DNA of 64,000 nt from a virus. Each line of letters opens with the position of its first letter. Positions within the stretch are counted from its first letter, which is position 1. The position numbers and the translations under genes were made by a program. Below the pieces are notes generated by a model. It was not told where the DNA came from, did no database searches, and worked only from the letters and a program-made list of their open reading frames with translations. The stretch covers positions 1 to 64,000 of the IMG/VR virus record IMGVR_UViG_3300018876_000008; one strand, 5' to 3'. Of the stretch, positions 39,033 to 47,904 are shown in pieces.

Positions 39033-40361
39033 ATGAAGTTTAATAAAATCATTAAAAGTATTATAGTAGAACAGGGTCGTTATGAGATTCTGAAAAAAAC
39101 CTATACTCAACCTAAAAAAAAAGGTGAGAAGGTTAAGCCCGCAAAAATGTCACTTGAACAACTTAACAAAATAGTTTTAGCTGACCCAACCACTCGAAGA
39201 GACGGTGAAAATATTAAAAAGGCAGGAAAATACGTAAATTGGATTATAAAACAATTTTTACAGATTGAACCAAAAATAGAGTCTCAATATGGTTCGCCTC
39301 AATTCAAAAAAGATTTAAAGGAGAAAACTGATTTGTTTTTTGAGGATTTGTATAAAACTACTGAAGATTTAACTAAATTTGATAGATTTAAAGGCCAACT
39401 AGATAGTGAATTAAGAGATATAAACAAATTAACTATTGATACTTTATTTAATTCAGTTAAAGACTTTAGTTTAGAAAAAGCCACGACTACTAAAGCTGAA
39501 AGAAAAAAGATGGATGTACATCCAGGGGCTGAACAAGTCTATAGCGGTTCTAAATATGATGTTTATATGATTGAAGACCAAGGAGACCTTGGTAAAGAAG
39601 CCGCATGTTTCTATGGGGGACAAAATAAAGAAACACGTTGGTGTACATCAGCACCTGGTCTCTCATATTTTAACACTTACATTAAGCAAGGTCCTTTATA
39701 CGTATTAATTGATAAGACTGACACCGAAGTAGGTGATGTGTCAGGATTACCAAAACATAGATATCAATTCCATTTCCCAAGTAATCAGTTTATGGATATT
39801 AATGATAGACAAATTAATCTAGTGGAATTTTTACTTGGAGAAGAGGAAGGGTTAAGAGAGTTCTTTAAACCTGAATTTATGAAGGGACTATCTAGTGCGG
39901 ACGGAACAGAGGTTACGGTTGAATACCCAAGAGATGCCGCTTCAAAGTTTATTGCCTTATATGGGTTTGATAAATTCTTTGAAGATTTACCTAATAATTT
40001 AGGTAGGTTAGATTTTATTAAAGGAAGTTCAGGTAGGTATGGTCAACAAGATAATAAAGACCTTAACATAAAAATACCAGAAAGTATTGGTAGATTCAAA
40101 AATATGTACGCATTACACCTTGACGGTATATTAGATGAGTTACCTTCAAGTATATCAAACTTAGAAGACTTAATGTTTTTATCACTTCCTAATAATAAAA
40201 ACCTTAAATCATTACCTAAAGAAATGGCGGAAAAGAATGGTGATGATTACAAAATGAAAAATTTAGCAGTTATAACTCTGGCAGGAACTAACCCTAATAT
40301 AGAAATTCCTGAAGAGGTTCAAAAAATGATTGACGAAAAAGGTATCAAAGTTTTTAAGTAA
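39033..40361 (+). CDS. Phage protein with CxYGxxxxxWCT domain and C-terminal leucine-rich repeats
   Basis: ACFYGGQNKETRWCTS; IPESIGRFKNMYALHL, LPSSISNLEDLMFLSL, LKSLP. TATTTATA at 39008-39015 favours a start at 39033 (track 39015). Confidence 0.65.
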   Translation: MKFNKIIKSIIVEQGRYEILKKTYTQPKKKGEKVKPAKMSLEQLNKIVLADPTTRRDGENIKKAGKYVNWIIKQFLQIEPKIESQYGSPQFKKDLKEKTDLFFEDLYKTTEDLTKFDRFKGQLDSELRDINKLTIDTLFNSVKDFSLEKATTTKAERKKMDVHPGAEQVYSGSKYDVYMIEDQGDLGKEAACFYGGQNKETRWCTSAPGLSYFNTYIKQGPLYVLIDKTDTEVGDVSGLPKHRYQFHFPSNQFMDINDRQINLVEFLLGEEEGLREFFKPEFMKGLSSADGTEVTVEYPRDAASKFIALYGFDKFFEDLPNNLGRLDFIKGSSGRYGQQDNKDLNIKIPESIGRFKNMYALHLDGILDELPSSISNLEDLMFLSLPNNKNLKSLPKEMAEKNGDDYKMKNLAVITLAGTNPNIEIPEEVQKMIDEKGIKVFK

Positions 40362-40411
40362 ATCATTGAAATTCTGTTATATTTCATTTAGTTTTATTTA
40401 AAATTACTATT

Positions 40412-40699
40412 ATGTCAAACATAGATGTTGAAATATATTTCTCACAATTCAAAACTTTTTTTGTTGAAAACCCTAAAGAATTAAGAAAATTAATAGGGAG
40501 AGCTTCTGACGAAGAGTTTTTTAATGAAGTTTATCTTGAGATAAATAATAATCACGAAAGAGGTGAGGAAGTAGTATTAACACAAAAACAAATAATAGAA
40601 ATAGTTCTAAAAATTAATAAATCAAAACCTAAAGACATTAATGATACTGTAGATAGTATTTTCCAAAAAACTGATTTTGGTTTGATTTGTTTGAATTGA
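40412..40699 (+). CDS. Hypothetical protein
   Basis: 95 aa ORF. Confidence 0.6.
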   Translation: MSNIDVEIYFSQFKTFFVENPKELRKLIGRASDEEFFNEVYLEINNNHERGEEVVLTQKQIIEIVLKINKSKPKDINDTVDSIFQKTDFGLICLN

Positions 40700-40776
40700 T
40701 ATCTTATCCATACCCTTTATTTATTTTTCTAATTATTTATTTTGAATATATAATAAACTAATAATTTATATGATAA

Positions 40777-42210
40777 ATGTACTGTAGAGATAATAGTTAT
40801 AGTGATGGTATCGACAGATTTATAGTTATTACTGTCGCTACAGAAAATAACAAAGAATTAGACCGATTTAGAGAATCGTGTCATATTAATAATATACCCT
40901 ACAAGATTATTGGTTTAGGTCAAGAATGGACAGGAGGTGAGGCTAAAGATGGGGTATTGTTACAACCTGGAGGAGCACAAAAAATAAATCTTCTTAAGAA
41001 AGAATTAGAGGATTATCCTAATTTATCTAATCACATAATTTTATTTACAGATTCATATGATGTAATAATTAATTCAACACCAAGTGAAATAGTTAGTAAA
41101 TTTAGGACTATGAAATCACCCGTAGTATTTTCAGCTGAAAAAACTTGTTGGCCGAAAAAAGATTTACAAAATAAGTACCCACCATCAACTACGGAGTATA
41201 AATTTTTAAATTCAGGAGGATTTATTGGTTACGGAGACCACATAATTAAAATTGTAAATAAAATTGATGTAAGCAATGATTACGATGACCAACTATATTA
41301 CACTGAAAGATACTTTGAGTCTTTAGCTGAAGATAAGAATATCATTTTAGATAATAATCAAAATATATTTCAAACCCTTAATGAATCCTTAGATGATGTT
41401 TTGGTGAAGGACGGTAAAGTTTTTAACAGAATAACAAATACGTATCCTTTAATAATTCATGGAAATGGTGGTTCGTCAATAAAAAATGTCCTAAATGATT
41501 ATTACCGCAGGTTATTTGATAAAGATGTTACAACTATAAATTATTTTAAGAAGGAAGATGACTTGGAGGATTTTGAGGATAATGTTAATATAGGATTATT
41601 TCTTGATGAGGAAGTCCCTAACATTAATCAAACTTTCGACCACATTAGATTTTTAAAATACCCTAAAGATAAAATATCCCTCACAATATATTATTCTGAT
41701 AACACACACAAGTATGATATTGATTTGTTTGAGAAAAAATATTCACATATTTTTAAAGAGTTTTATGTAAAATTTAATGACGATGGTAAAATAAAGTCAC
41801 GAAAAGACTTTTTGATTAATTCTTATGGTCTGTCTGATTATACAGTTTTAATGGAATCAAATCACATTTTTAGAAATAATAAATCTTTAGGGTTGATTAT
41901 CAAAGAGTGTGAAGGTATAATAACTCCTATGATTCATAAAGAAGGTAGTGATTGGGTTAATTTTGATTGTGAAAAGACTAAAAAGGATTCTTACAGGACT
42001 TATGAAACTAAAGGAATATGGGAGGTAAATTATCTTTACGGTATACACGTCATAAAAAATGATTTAATTCCTTACTGTGTAAATTCTTTATATATTAATT
42101 ACGATAACTATACAGACCCTAATTGGGACATTATGTTGTGTGATAATTTAAAAAGTAGAGGGGAAACTCTACAAATTTCAAATACAAACTATTACGGAGG
42201 AATTATATAA
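40777..42210 (+). CDS. PLOD3/LH3-like collagen hydroxylysine glycosyltransferase (GT + accessory domains, no hydroxylase domain)
   Basis: VITVAT, GLGQEW.GG, GGAQK, FTDSYDV, FSAEKTCWP, FLNSGGFIG, DDQLYY, IFQTLN, IHGNG; accessory domain LKYPKD, PMI....W.NF, GIWEV.Y, ISN...YG. Confidence 0.88.
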   Translation: MYCRDNSYSDGIDRFIVITVATENNKELDRFRESCHINNIPYKIIGLGQEWTGGEAKDGVLLQPGGAQKINLLKKELEDYPNLSNHIILFTDSYDVIINSTPSEIVSKFRTMKSPVVFSAEKTCWPKKDLQNKYPPSTTEYKFLNSGGFIGYGDHIIKIVNKIDVSNDYDDQLYYTERYFESLAEDKNIILDNNQNIFQTLNESLDDVLVKDGKVFNRITNTYPLIIHGNGGSSIKNVLNDYYRRLFDKDVTTINYFKKEDDLEDFEDNVNIGLFLDEEVPNINQTFDHIRFLKYPKDKISLTIYYSDNTHKYDIDLFEKKYSHIFKEFYVKFNDDGKIKSRKDFLINSYGLSDYTVLMESNHIFRNNKSLGLIIKECEGIITPMIHKEGSDWVNFDCEKTKKDSYRTYETKGIWEVNYLYGIHVIKNDLIPYCVNSLYINYDNYTDPNWDIMLCDNLKSRGETLQISNTNYYGGII

Positions 42211-42252
42211 TTCTTCTTTTTTTATTAATTATTTTTTACTATTTTTGTGTTT

Positions 42253-43899
42253 ATGGATAAACGTGAAAATTTACATTACAAAAAAGTTATAGACTCTTAT
42301 AGTATTGATTACTTTAGAGGTTATAACCGTATTAATGATAGATTTGAAACATATTCTGTACCTAAGTATGGTCATTGGGCTCATATTGATAAAAAGAGTG
42401 TCGATGAAAAAGAGTTTAAGGATAATTACGCTAATCAACAAGTTGCAGTTGAAAGTACAAAATACATAATAGTAATTGAAGAGTTTAGTAATAAAATTTC
42501 ATTAAAATTATATTCAACATTCCGAGCTCGTTCAGTAGGTGCAAAGTTTTTTAGAGTTAGAAAGGAATTATTATTTGTTACATACAATTTAAAGTTTAAT
42601 AATTTTTATACTGGTATTGTAAACAAAAAAAATAAAAAATTAATTAATAAGAGAGTTCGCGTTAATGATTTTTATAATCATCCTTTTAGTCGTATTGGTT
42701 TAGAAATAAGAAAAGTACTAAGAGACAGTTCACTAAAAAATGGTGGTAATATAGATGTTATACCTAATATGACAAAGATAAATGATTTATCGGATAACAT
42801 CATGAATATATTTTTAAACGCTATAATGGAAAAATGTGAAGTTAAATGTGATATTAGGAGTAAAGACCACGAGGAAAGGTTTTTTCAACTATTTTTAGAA
42901 TGTAATAAATTTAAGTATCCTAATAATTACAAAGAATACTCAAAATTACGTATACCTAAAAAACTACTTAAAAAACAAATTAATTTAGTTTCATCATTTA
43001 TGTCTACTAATTCTTTATATGGAAAAAAAGTACGAAAGTTTTTAAATAGTGGTGATAATATAGATTTTAATAAGTTAGTTAATCTCTATCGGTTGTTAGG
43101 AGTAGATTATTTTAACCTCTTAAATGATAGTGTATTTTCAAAAAACGATTTACAATACTATGATTCTTTTAAAGTTAACGAATTAGATTTTAGTTTAAAT
43201 TTATCAAACACAATGAAAACGAGGATAGTGAACGTGATAAATCAAGGACTTAGACTTAATTTACTTACAGACCATTTAAGGATGGTTAGTGACTTGAGAG
43301 AAAAACATAATTATATATTTAAATGTCATTTTAAAAATATAGATGAATTTAGTAATGAACATTATGATTTATCAGAGTTATTACAGTCTTATAATACAGG
43401 GGTAATTAACAGAAATTATGGTGATGAGGTTAATTCATGTATCGAAAATACGATAAGTGATTTAGTTGGTATTGAGTATTATCCAAAAGTATTAACTAAT
43501 ACTAAAGAGTATAATGAAGAATCACAAATTCAAAAAAATTGTGTAAGAACTTACTCCGAAAAATCAAATAATATTATAATATCACTTAGATGTGGTAATA
43601 TTAATAGTAATAATCGTGCAACTATTGAATATCGTTTTACTAAAAACAATATAGAAAGAGTACAATCTTTAGGAGGTAAAAACCATCAATTAAGTAATAT
43701 GTGGAAAGTACCTTTAGATATTTTAGATGAGAGAGTTAAAACCTTATATAAAAATAAAATATTAAATCCTCCTCATTTGTTTAAAGAATACAAAAGTGGT
43801 TTAGTAATTGAAAGACGCGCAGTATTAGATGGTGATTATGTAGTATGGGATAACATCGATGATTTACAAGAAAATGAAATTATGGATTTACCATTTTAA
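42253..43899 (+). CDS. PcfJ-like domain protein
   Basis: C-terminal EESQIQKNCVRTY...IISLR...ATIEY...QSLG..N; a TATTTTTG element at 42240-42247 precedes the ATG. Confidence 0.6.
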   Translation: MDKRENLHYKKVIDSYSIDYFRGYNRINDRFETYSVPKYGHWAHIDKKSVDEKEFKDNYANQQVAVESTKYIIVIEEFSNKISLKLYSTFRARSVGAKFFRVRKELLFVTYNLKFNNFYTGIVNKKNKKLINKRVRVNDFYNHPFSRIGLEIRKVLRDSSLKNGGNIDVIPNMTKINDLSDNIMNIFLNAIMEKCEVKCDIRSKDHEERFFQLFLECNKFKYPNNYKEYSKLRIPKKLLKKQINLVSSFMSTNSLYGKKVRKFLNSGDNIDFNKLVNLYRLLGVDYFNLLNDSVFSKNDLQYYDSFKVNELDFSLNLSNTMKTRIVNVINQGLRLNLLTDHLRMVSDLREKHNYIFKCHFKNIDEFSNEHYDLSELLQSYNTGVINRNYGDEVNSCIENTISDLVGIEYYPKVLTNTKEYNEESQIQKNCVRTYSEKSNNIIISLRCGNINSNNRATIEYRFTKNNIERVQSLGGKNHQLSNMWKVPLDILDERVKTLYKNKILNPPHLFKEYKSGLVIERRAVLDGDYVVWDNIDDLQENEIMDLPF

Positions 43900-43971
43900 C
43901 TTATTGACATAATAAAAATATTATACTATGTTTACTACAAAATAAATTCTATAATTAAATACTAAAAAAAA

Positions 43972-44169
43972 ATGTCAAAATTAAGAAGAAGAGTAATATA
44001 CACAGATATTAGATGGGAAGAAACAGAACCACTAACTGAAGAGCAAATTAAAAAATGGAAATCAGACGATGAAGAACTCCAAGAGGAAGTTATGGATGAG
44101 GTAGAGTTTGATTTAGTTAACGATAAGGCCTTAGAAGATTCTGATTGGCCCGAATTAATAGAAGAATAA
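43972..44169 (+). CDS. Small acidic hypothetical protein
   Basis: 65 aa ORF. Confidence 0.55.
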   Translation: MSKLRRRVIYTDIRWEETEPLTEEQIKKWKSDDEELQEEVMDEVEFDLVNDKALEDSDWPELIEE

Positions 44170-44179
44170 AAATAAAGAT

Positions 44180-44779
44180 ATGGCAAATAATTTAAAAAGT
44201 TTCGTTAAAGTTAATGCTAACGAAAAAACGGTAAAATTTATTGATTCTTTAATCGATAAAATTAATGATAATGACAATGATAGTTCTATAACTGCATTCG
44301 CAAAGGCATTCTACAACAATGTAGAGTTAGGTGAAAGTGGAGGTGTGATGAATTCGTGGTCGTTGGATAATCTTGGTTCTAAATGGACCACTTTGTACGA
44401 TGTTCAAGATGAGGCTGAGTTCTCAATAGAATCTGCTTGGTATCCACCAAAAGAATTTTTTATACATCTATATAACTTATGTGTAGAATTAGATGAAAAT
44501 GTTGAAATTGAAGTTACTTACGAAGATGAAACATATAGTCCAATTGGTGCGATTTTAATTAAGAAAGATAATGAAGGAACTCCTTGTATGTGGGTCGAAG
44601 AAGATGATGATATTGAGAATCCACTTGAGGATATGGATTGGGACGATGAGGAATATGATACAAAATCTGAGGAGTTTTATGATAGTATTTATGAGAATCA
44701 ACAATCACTATTGGCGTTATGTCATGAATTAGTATTAACAGATGGGGAACCAATATTAGAAAAAGAAGAAGTAGAATAA
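44180..44779 (+). CDS. YubB/DUF1281-like ferredoxin-fold protein
   Basis: WSLDNLGSKW, ESAWYPP, VTYEDE. Confidence 0.6.
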   Translation: MANNLKSFVKVNANEKTVKFIDSLIDKINDNDNDSSITAFAKAFYNNVELGESGGVMNSWSLDNLGSKWTTLYDVQDEAEFSIESAWYPPKEFFIHLYNLCVELDENVEIEVTYEDETYSPIGAILIKKDNEGTPCMWVEEDDDIENPLEDMDWDDEEYDTKSEEFYDSIYENQQSLLALCHELVLTDGEPILEKEEVE

Positions 44780-44780
44780 T

Positions 44781-45917
44781 ATGAAAATTAAATTAGAATA
44801 TATTTGGTTAGATGGGTATAAACCCGAACCAAATCTTAGAAGTAAAGTAAAGGTTGTAGATGCACCTACCCATGAAGTTAAGGGTAAAACATTACACGGA
44901 ATAACATTAAAAGATTGTCCTCAATGGGGATTTGATGGTTCATCAACTAAACAGGCTGAAGGTAATTTTTCTGATTGTATCTTAAATCCTGTTAGGTTAT
45001 ATCCTAATCCACTTAACAAAGGTATATTAGATTCATACCTTGTTTTTTGTGAAGTTATGAATCCTGATGGTACTCCACATGAGTCTAATACTCGTAATTT
45101 ATTAGGTAAGGAAGATGATAAAGACTTATGGTTTGGTTTCGAACAAGAATATACCATCATGAAAGACAGTAAACCTATCGGATTCCCAAAAGATGGATTC
45201 CCTGAACCTCAAGGTAAGTATTACTGTGGTGTTGGTAATGGTCAAGTAAACGGTAGATTATTCGTTGAACAACATATGGAAAATTGTATTATGGCAGGTA
45301 TTGAAGTTACAGGTACTAATGCTGAAGTAATGTTAGGTCAATGGGAATACCAAGTATTAGGTAAAGGTAAACTAAAATCAGGTGATGACCTTTGGGTATC
45401 GAGATATATTTTAAATCAAATGTCAGAGGATTATGGTTTTAAAATAGAATACCACCCTAAACCTGTAACTGGTGATTGGAATGGTTCAGGATTACATTGT
45501 AACTTTTCTAATATTAAAATGAGAGAAGAAGGGGGTAAAGAATATTTTGATGCAATATTTAAAACATTTGAGTCAAGACATATTGAACACATAAAATGTT
45601 ATGGTTCTTCAAATGACATGAGGTTAACTGGTGACCACGAAACTCAATCAATTCATAAATTTAGTTGGGGAGTATCGGACAGAGGAGCATCAATTAGAGT
45701 TCCAATATCCACAGAAAAAGAATGGAAGGGATATGTTGAAGACAGGAGACCTGCTTCTAACGCAGACCCCTATAAAATCATTAACATTATTAATGAATCT
45801 ATAAATAACGCAGAAGAACTATACAAAACATTACACAATATGTATAGCGATGTAAAAGTAAGTGATGAAGTCAAAGAAATGGTTTTGACTGAACCATTAG
45901 AAAGAGATACTGAATAA
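44781..45917 (+). CDS. glnII: Glutamine synthetase type II
   Basis: LEYIWLDG, LRSK, WGFDGSST.QAEG, FEQEY, NAEVMLGQWEYQ, HPKP..GDWNGSGLH, RLTG.HET, DRGASIR, EDRRPASN.DPY. Confidence 0.92.
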   Translation: MKIKLEYIWLDGYKPEPNLRSKVKVVDAPTHEVKGKTLHGITLKDCPQWGFDGSSTKQAEGNFSDCILNPVRLYPNPLNKGILDSYLVFCEVMNPDGTPHESNTRNLLGKEDDKDLWFGFEQEYTIMKDSKPIGFPKDGFPEPQGKYYCGVGNGQVNGRLFVEQHMENCIMAGIEVTGTNAEVMLGQWEYQVLGKGKLKSGDDLWVSRYILNQMSEDYGFKIEYHPKPVTGDWNGSGLHCNFSNIKMREEGGKEYFDAIFKTFESRHIEHIKCYGSSNDMRLTGDHETQSIHKFSWGVSDRGASIRVPISTEKEWKGYVEDRRPASNADPYKIINIINESINNAEELYKTLHNMYSDVKVSDEVKEMVLTEPLERDTE

Positions 45918-46291
45918 TGGAAAAAAAAGATAATATAGTTGATAAGGATAGATACCAACTACCTAATGAAATATTAACTTATGTTAGTAAAATTATGGGT
46001 GGTACAGGTAATCATTCCTTACCAACTGTTATCGAAACAGAGTTTTATACTAAAGATGCTTTAGATAGAATTTTAGAGAAAAATAAAATAGTATCATCGT
46101 ATAAAACTTATGATGGTGATAATATAACCTTAATAGATGGTCTTATACGATTTTCGGACAGTATTAGTTTTTTATATTTTATAAAAAGAAAAGATGAAAA
46201 TACTTATAAGTTTTACACCATATGTAAAGAAGAATCTTCTAATGGTATGATATTCTTCTTGAATAGTTATAAAAAATTTAAAACAATTTAA
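45917..46291 (+). CDS. Hypothetical protein
   Basis: 124 aa, TAATG-coupled to the GS gene. Confidence 0.55.
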   Translation: MEKKDNIVDKDRYQLPNEILTYVSKIMGGTGNHSLPTVIETEFYTKDALDRILEKNKIVSSYKTYDGDNITLIDGLIRFSDSISFLYFIKRKDENTYKFYTICKEESSNGMIFFLNSYKKFKTI

Positions 46292-46294
46292 AAA

Positions 46295-46615
46295 ATGAAA
46301 ATATTAAATTCTCAAGAACTACAAGAAAAAATTGACAGCGGAGAAAAATTCATTGTAGATATGTATGCCGATTGGTGTGGTCCTTGTCGAATGTTATCAA
46401 AAGTGATTGATAATGTTGATAAAAAATTAACAGAGGAAAATCATTCAGTCAATATCTACAAATTCAATATTGAATCAGATAAAGATATGTCTGTTAAATT
46501 AGGTGTACGTTCAATACCCGTTCTATTAGCGTTTAACGAAGGTAAAAATGTCCAAACTAAAATAGGATTAGTACAAGAAAACGTGATAGTAGAAATGGCT
46601 AATTCCATACTTTAA
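46295..46615 (+). CDS. trxA: Thioredoxin
   Basis: WCGPC and cis-Pro VRSIP. Confidence 0.9.
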   Translation: MKILNSQELQEKIDSGEKFIVDMYADWCGPCRMLSKVIDNVDKKLTEENHSVNIYKFNIESDKDMSVKLGVRSIPVLLAFNEGKNVQTKIGLVQENVIVEMANSIL

Positions 46616-46623
46616 ATTTTACA

Positions 46624-46908
46624 ATGAAAAAAGTAGTATTATATACGATGAAAGGTTGTCCTCACTGTGATGAGATGAAACAAAAATTAATTGAGTCTAA
46701 AATAAGATTCACTCAAAGAGATATTCATAAATTTGAAAAAGAATATGATTTGTTTGTCGAGGCAACCGGTAGTGAGTATATACCTGCATTCATGTTGTTA
46801 AACATTGGAAAAAATAATAAGACATCAGACGTAAAATTAATGGTACCTGATGATGACTTTGATGATTTAGATGAAGCTTTGTATAAGGTGAGAAGATATT
46901 TAGACTAA
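46624..46908 (+). CDS. Glutaredoxin-like protein
   Basis: YTMKGCPHC, YIP. Confidence 0.8.
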   Translation: MKKVVLYTMKGCPHCDEMKQKLIESKIRFTQRDIHKFEKEYDLFVEATGSEYIPAFMLLNIGKNNKTSDVKLMVPDDDFDDLDEALYKVRRYLD

Positions 46909-47766
46909 TATCATCTCACCTACTTTATCTTTTATTTTCCATATATTCTCATTACTTATGATTTCTTCTTCAAAATCATAATTCTCTAAATCCCATCTTG
47001 ATATAATTTTATTAGGTTCAAATGTAAATAAATCTAATATTAGTGATTCCAACCATTCTGTACTAGTTATTAAACTTTTAGAAGTTATCTTAAGACTTAG
47101 GTTTTCCCAGTTGATGGATTCAAAATCTGAATCTGTAAAAAATTCAATATTTATATCCTTACACAAATTTCTTTCAAAAATATTATATATTATATAGTTG
47201 AAGTAAGAGTCAAATAACTTACTAGATTTTAGATGTTTACCATATTTTTCAGAAGAATAAAAACTTTCAGATAGATTATTAAGGTTTACAATTTTATAGT
47301 CATCAAAATTACTTATGATATTATTTAAATTCTGAGAATTATATTTTTTATTTATAAGTAGAGTATTTAAATCTGTACACGCGGTCAATCTATAATCTAA
47401 ACCATTTAACGTGTCGTTATAAGTTATTTTATTTAAGTTATTGATAAAGTCATCTTTAATATAAGTTTTATTAATATAAATTGGGTCTTCTTTGATAACC
47501 TGACTATATTCTATCAAATCAACAACATTAAATGTAATTGATTTATTAAATAATTTTTGATAGTACGAATTAAATAGTTTGGAAAAGTTTAAAGGGGTAC
47601 TATGTGTTGTGATGCCTTTAACCACTACAAAATTTCCATTGTTTATTACTTGTATATTTGTTTTATGATTTTTTGTTTCTTTATTTATTTCAGTAATTAT
47701 TTTATTAGCTAATAAATTAGTTAACTTTTTACCGTTAGAATAAGTTTCTATAATTTGATTCGACAT
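46900..47766 (-). CDS. Hypothetical protein; N-terminus faintly resembles SAM synthetase N-domain
   Basis: 288 aa ORF; KLTNLLANKI...FVVVKGITT. Confidence 0.5.
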   Translation of the reverse strand: MSNQIIETYSNGKKLTNLLANKIITEINKETKNHKTNIQVINNGNFVVVKGITTHSTPLNFSKLFNSYYQKLFNKSITFNVVDLIEYSQVIKEDPIYINKTYIKDDFINNLNKITYNDTLNGLDYRLTACTDLNTLLINKKYNSQNLNNIISNFDDYKIVNLNNLSESFYSSEKYGKHLKSSKLFDSYFNYIIYNIFERNLCKDINIEFFTDSDFESINWENLSLKITSKSLITSTEWLESLILDLFTFEPNKIISRWDLENYDFEEEIISNENIWKIKDKVGEMILV

Positions 47767-47867
47767 ATTAAATGACTTTTAAATATTTATTGATTGAATG
47801 ATAAAAAAAATTACTCAAAGGATAAATACAAATCAGTATTTAAATTAGATATAAACTTCTTTACGAG

Positions 47868-47875
47868 TATTTATA
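47868..47875 (+). promoter_or_regulatory. TATTTATA motif upstream of the collagen operon
   Basis: 29 nt before the ATG at 47905. Confidence 0.5.
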
Positions 47876-47904
47876 ATATAAGATAAAACCTTTTAAATTC
47901 ATAC

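Noticed and set aside
43904-43927. TTGACA...TATACT as an E. coli-type sigma70 promoter
   Set aside because: The spacer is only 12 nt.
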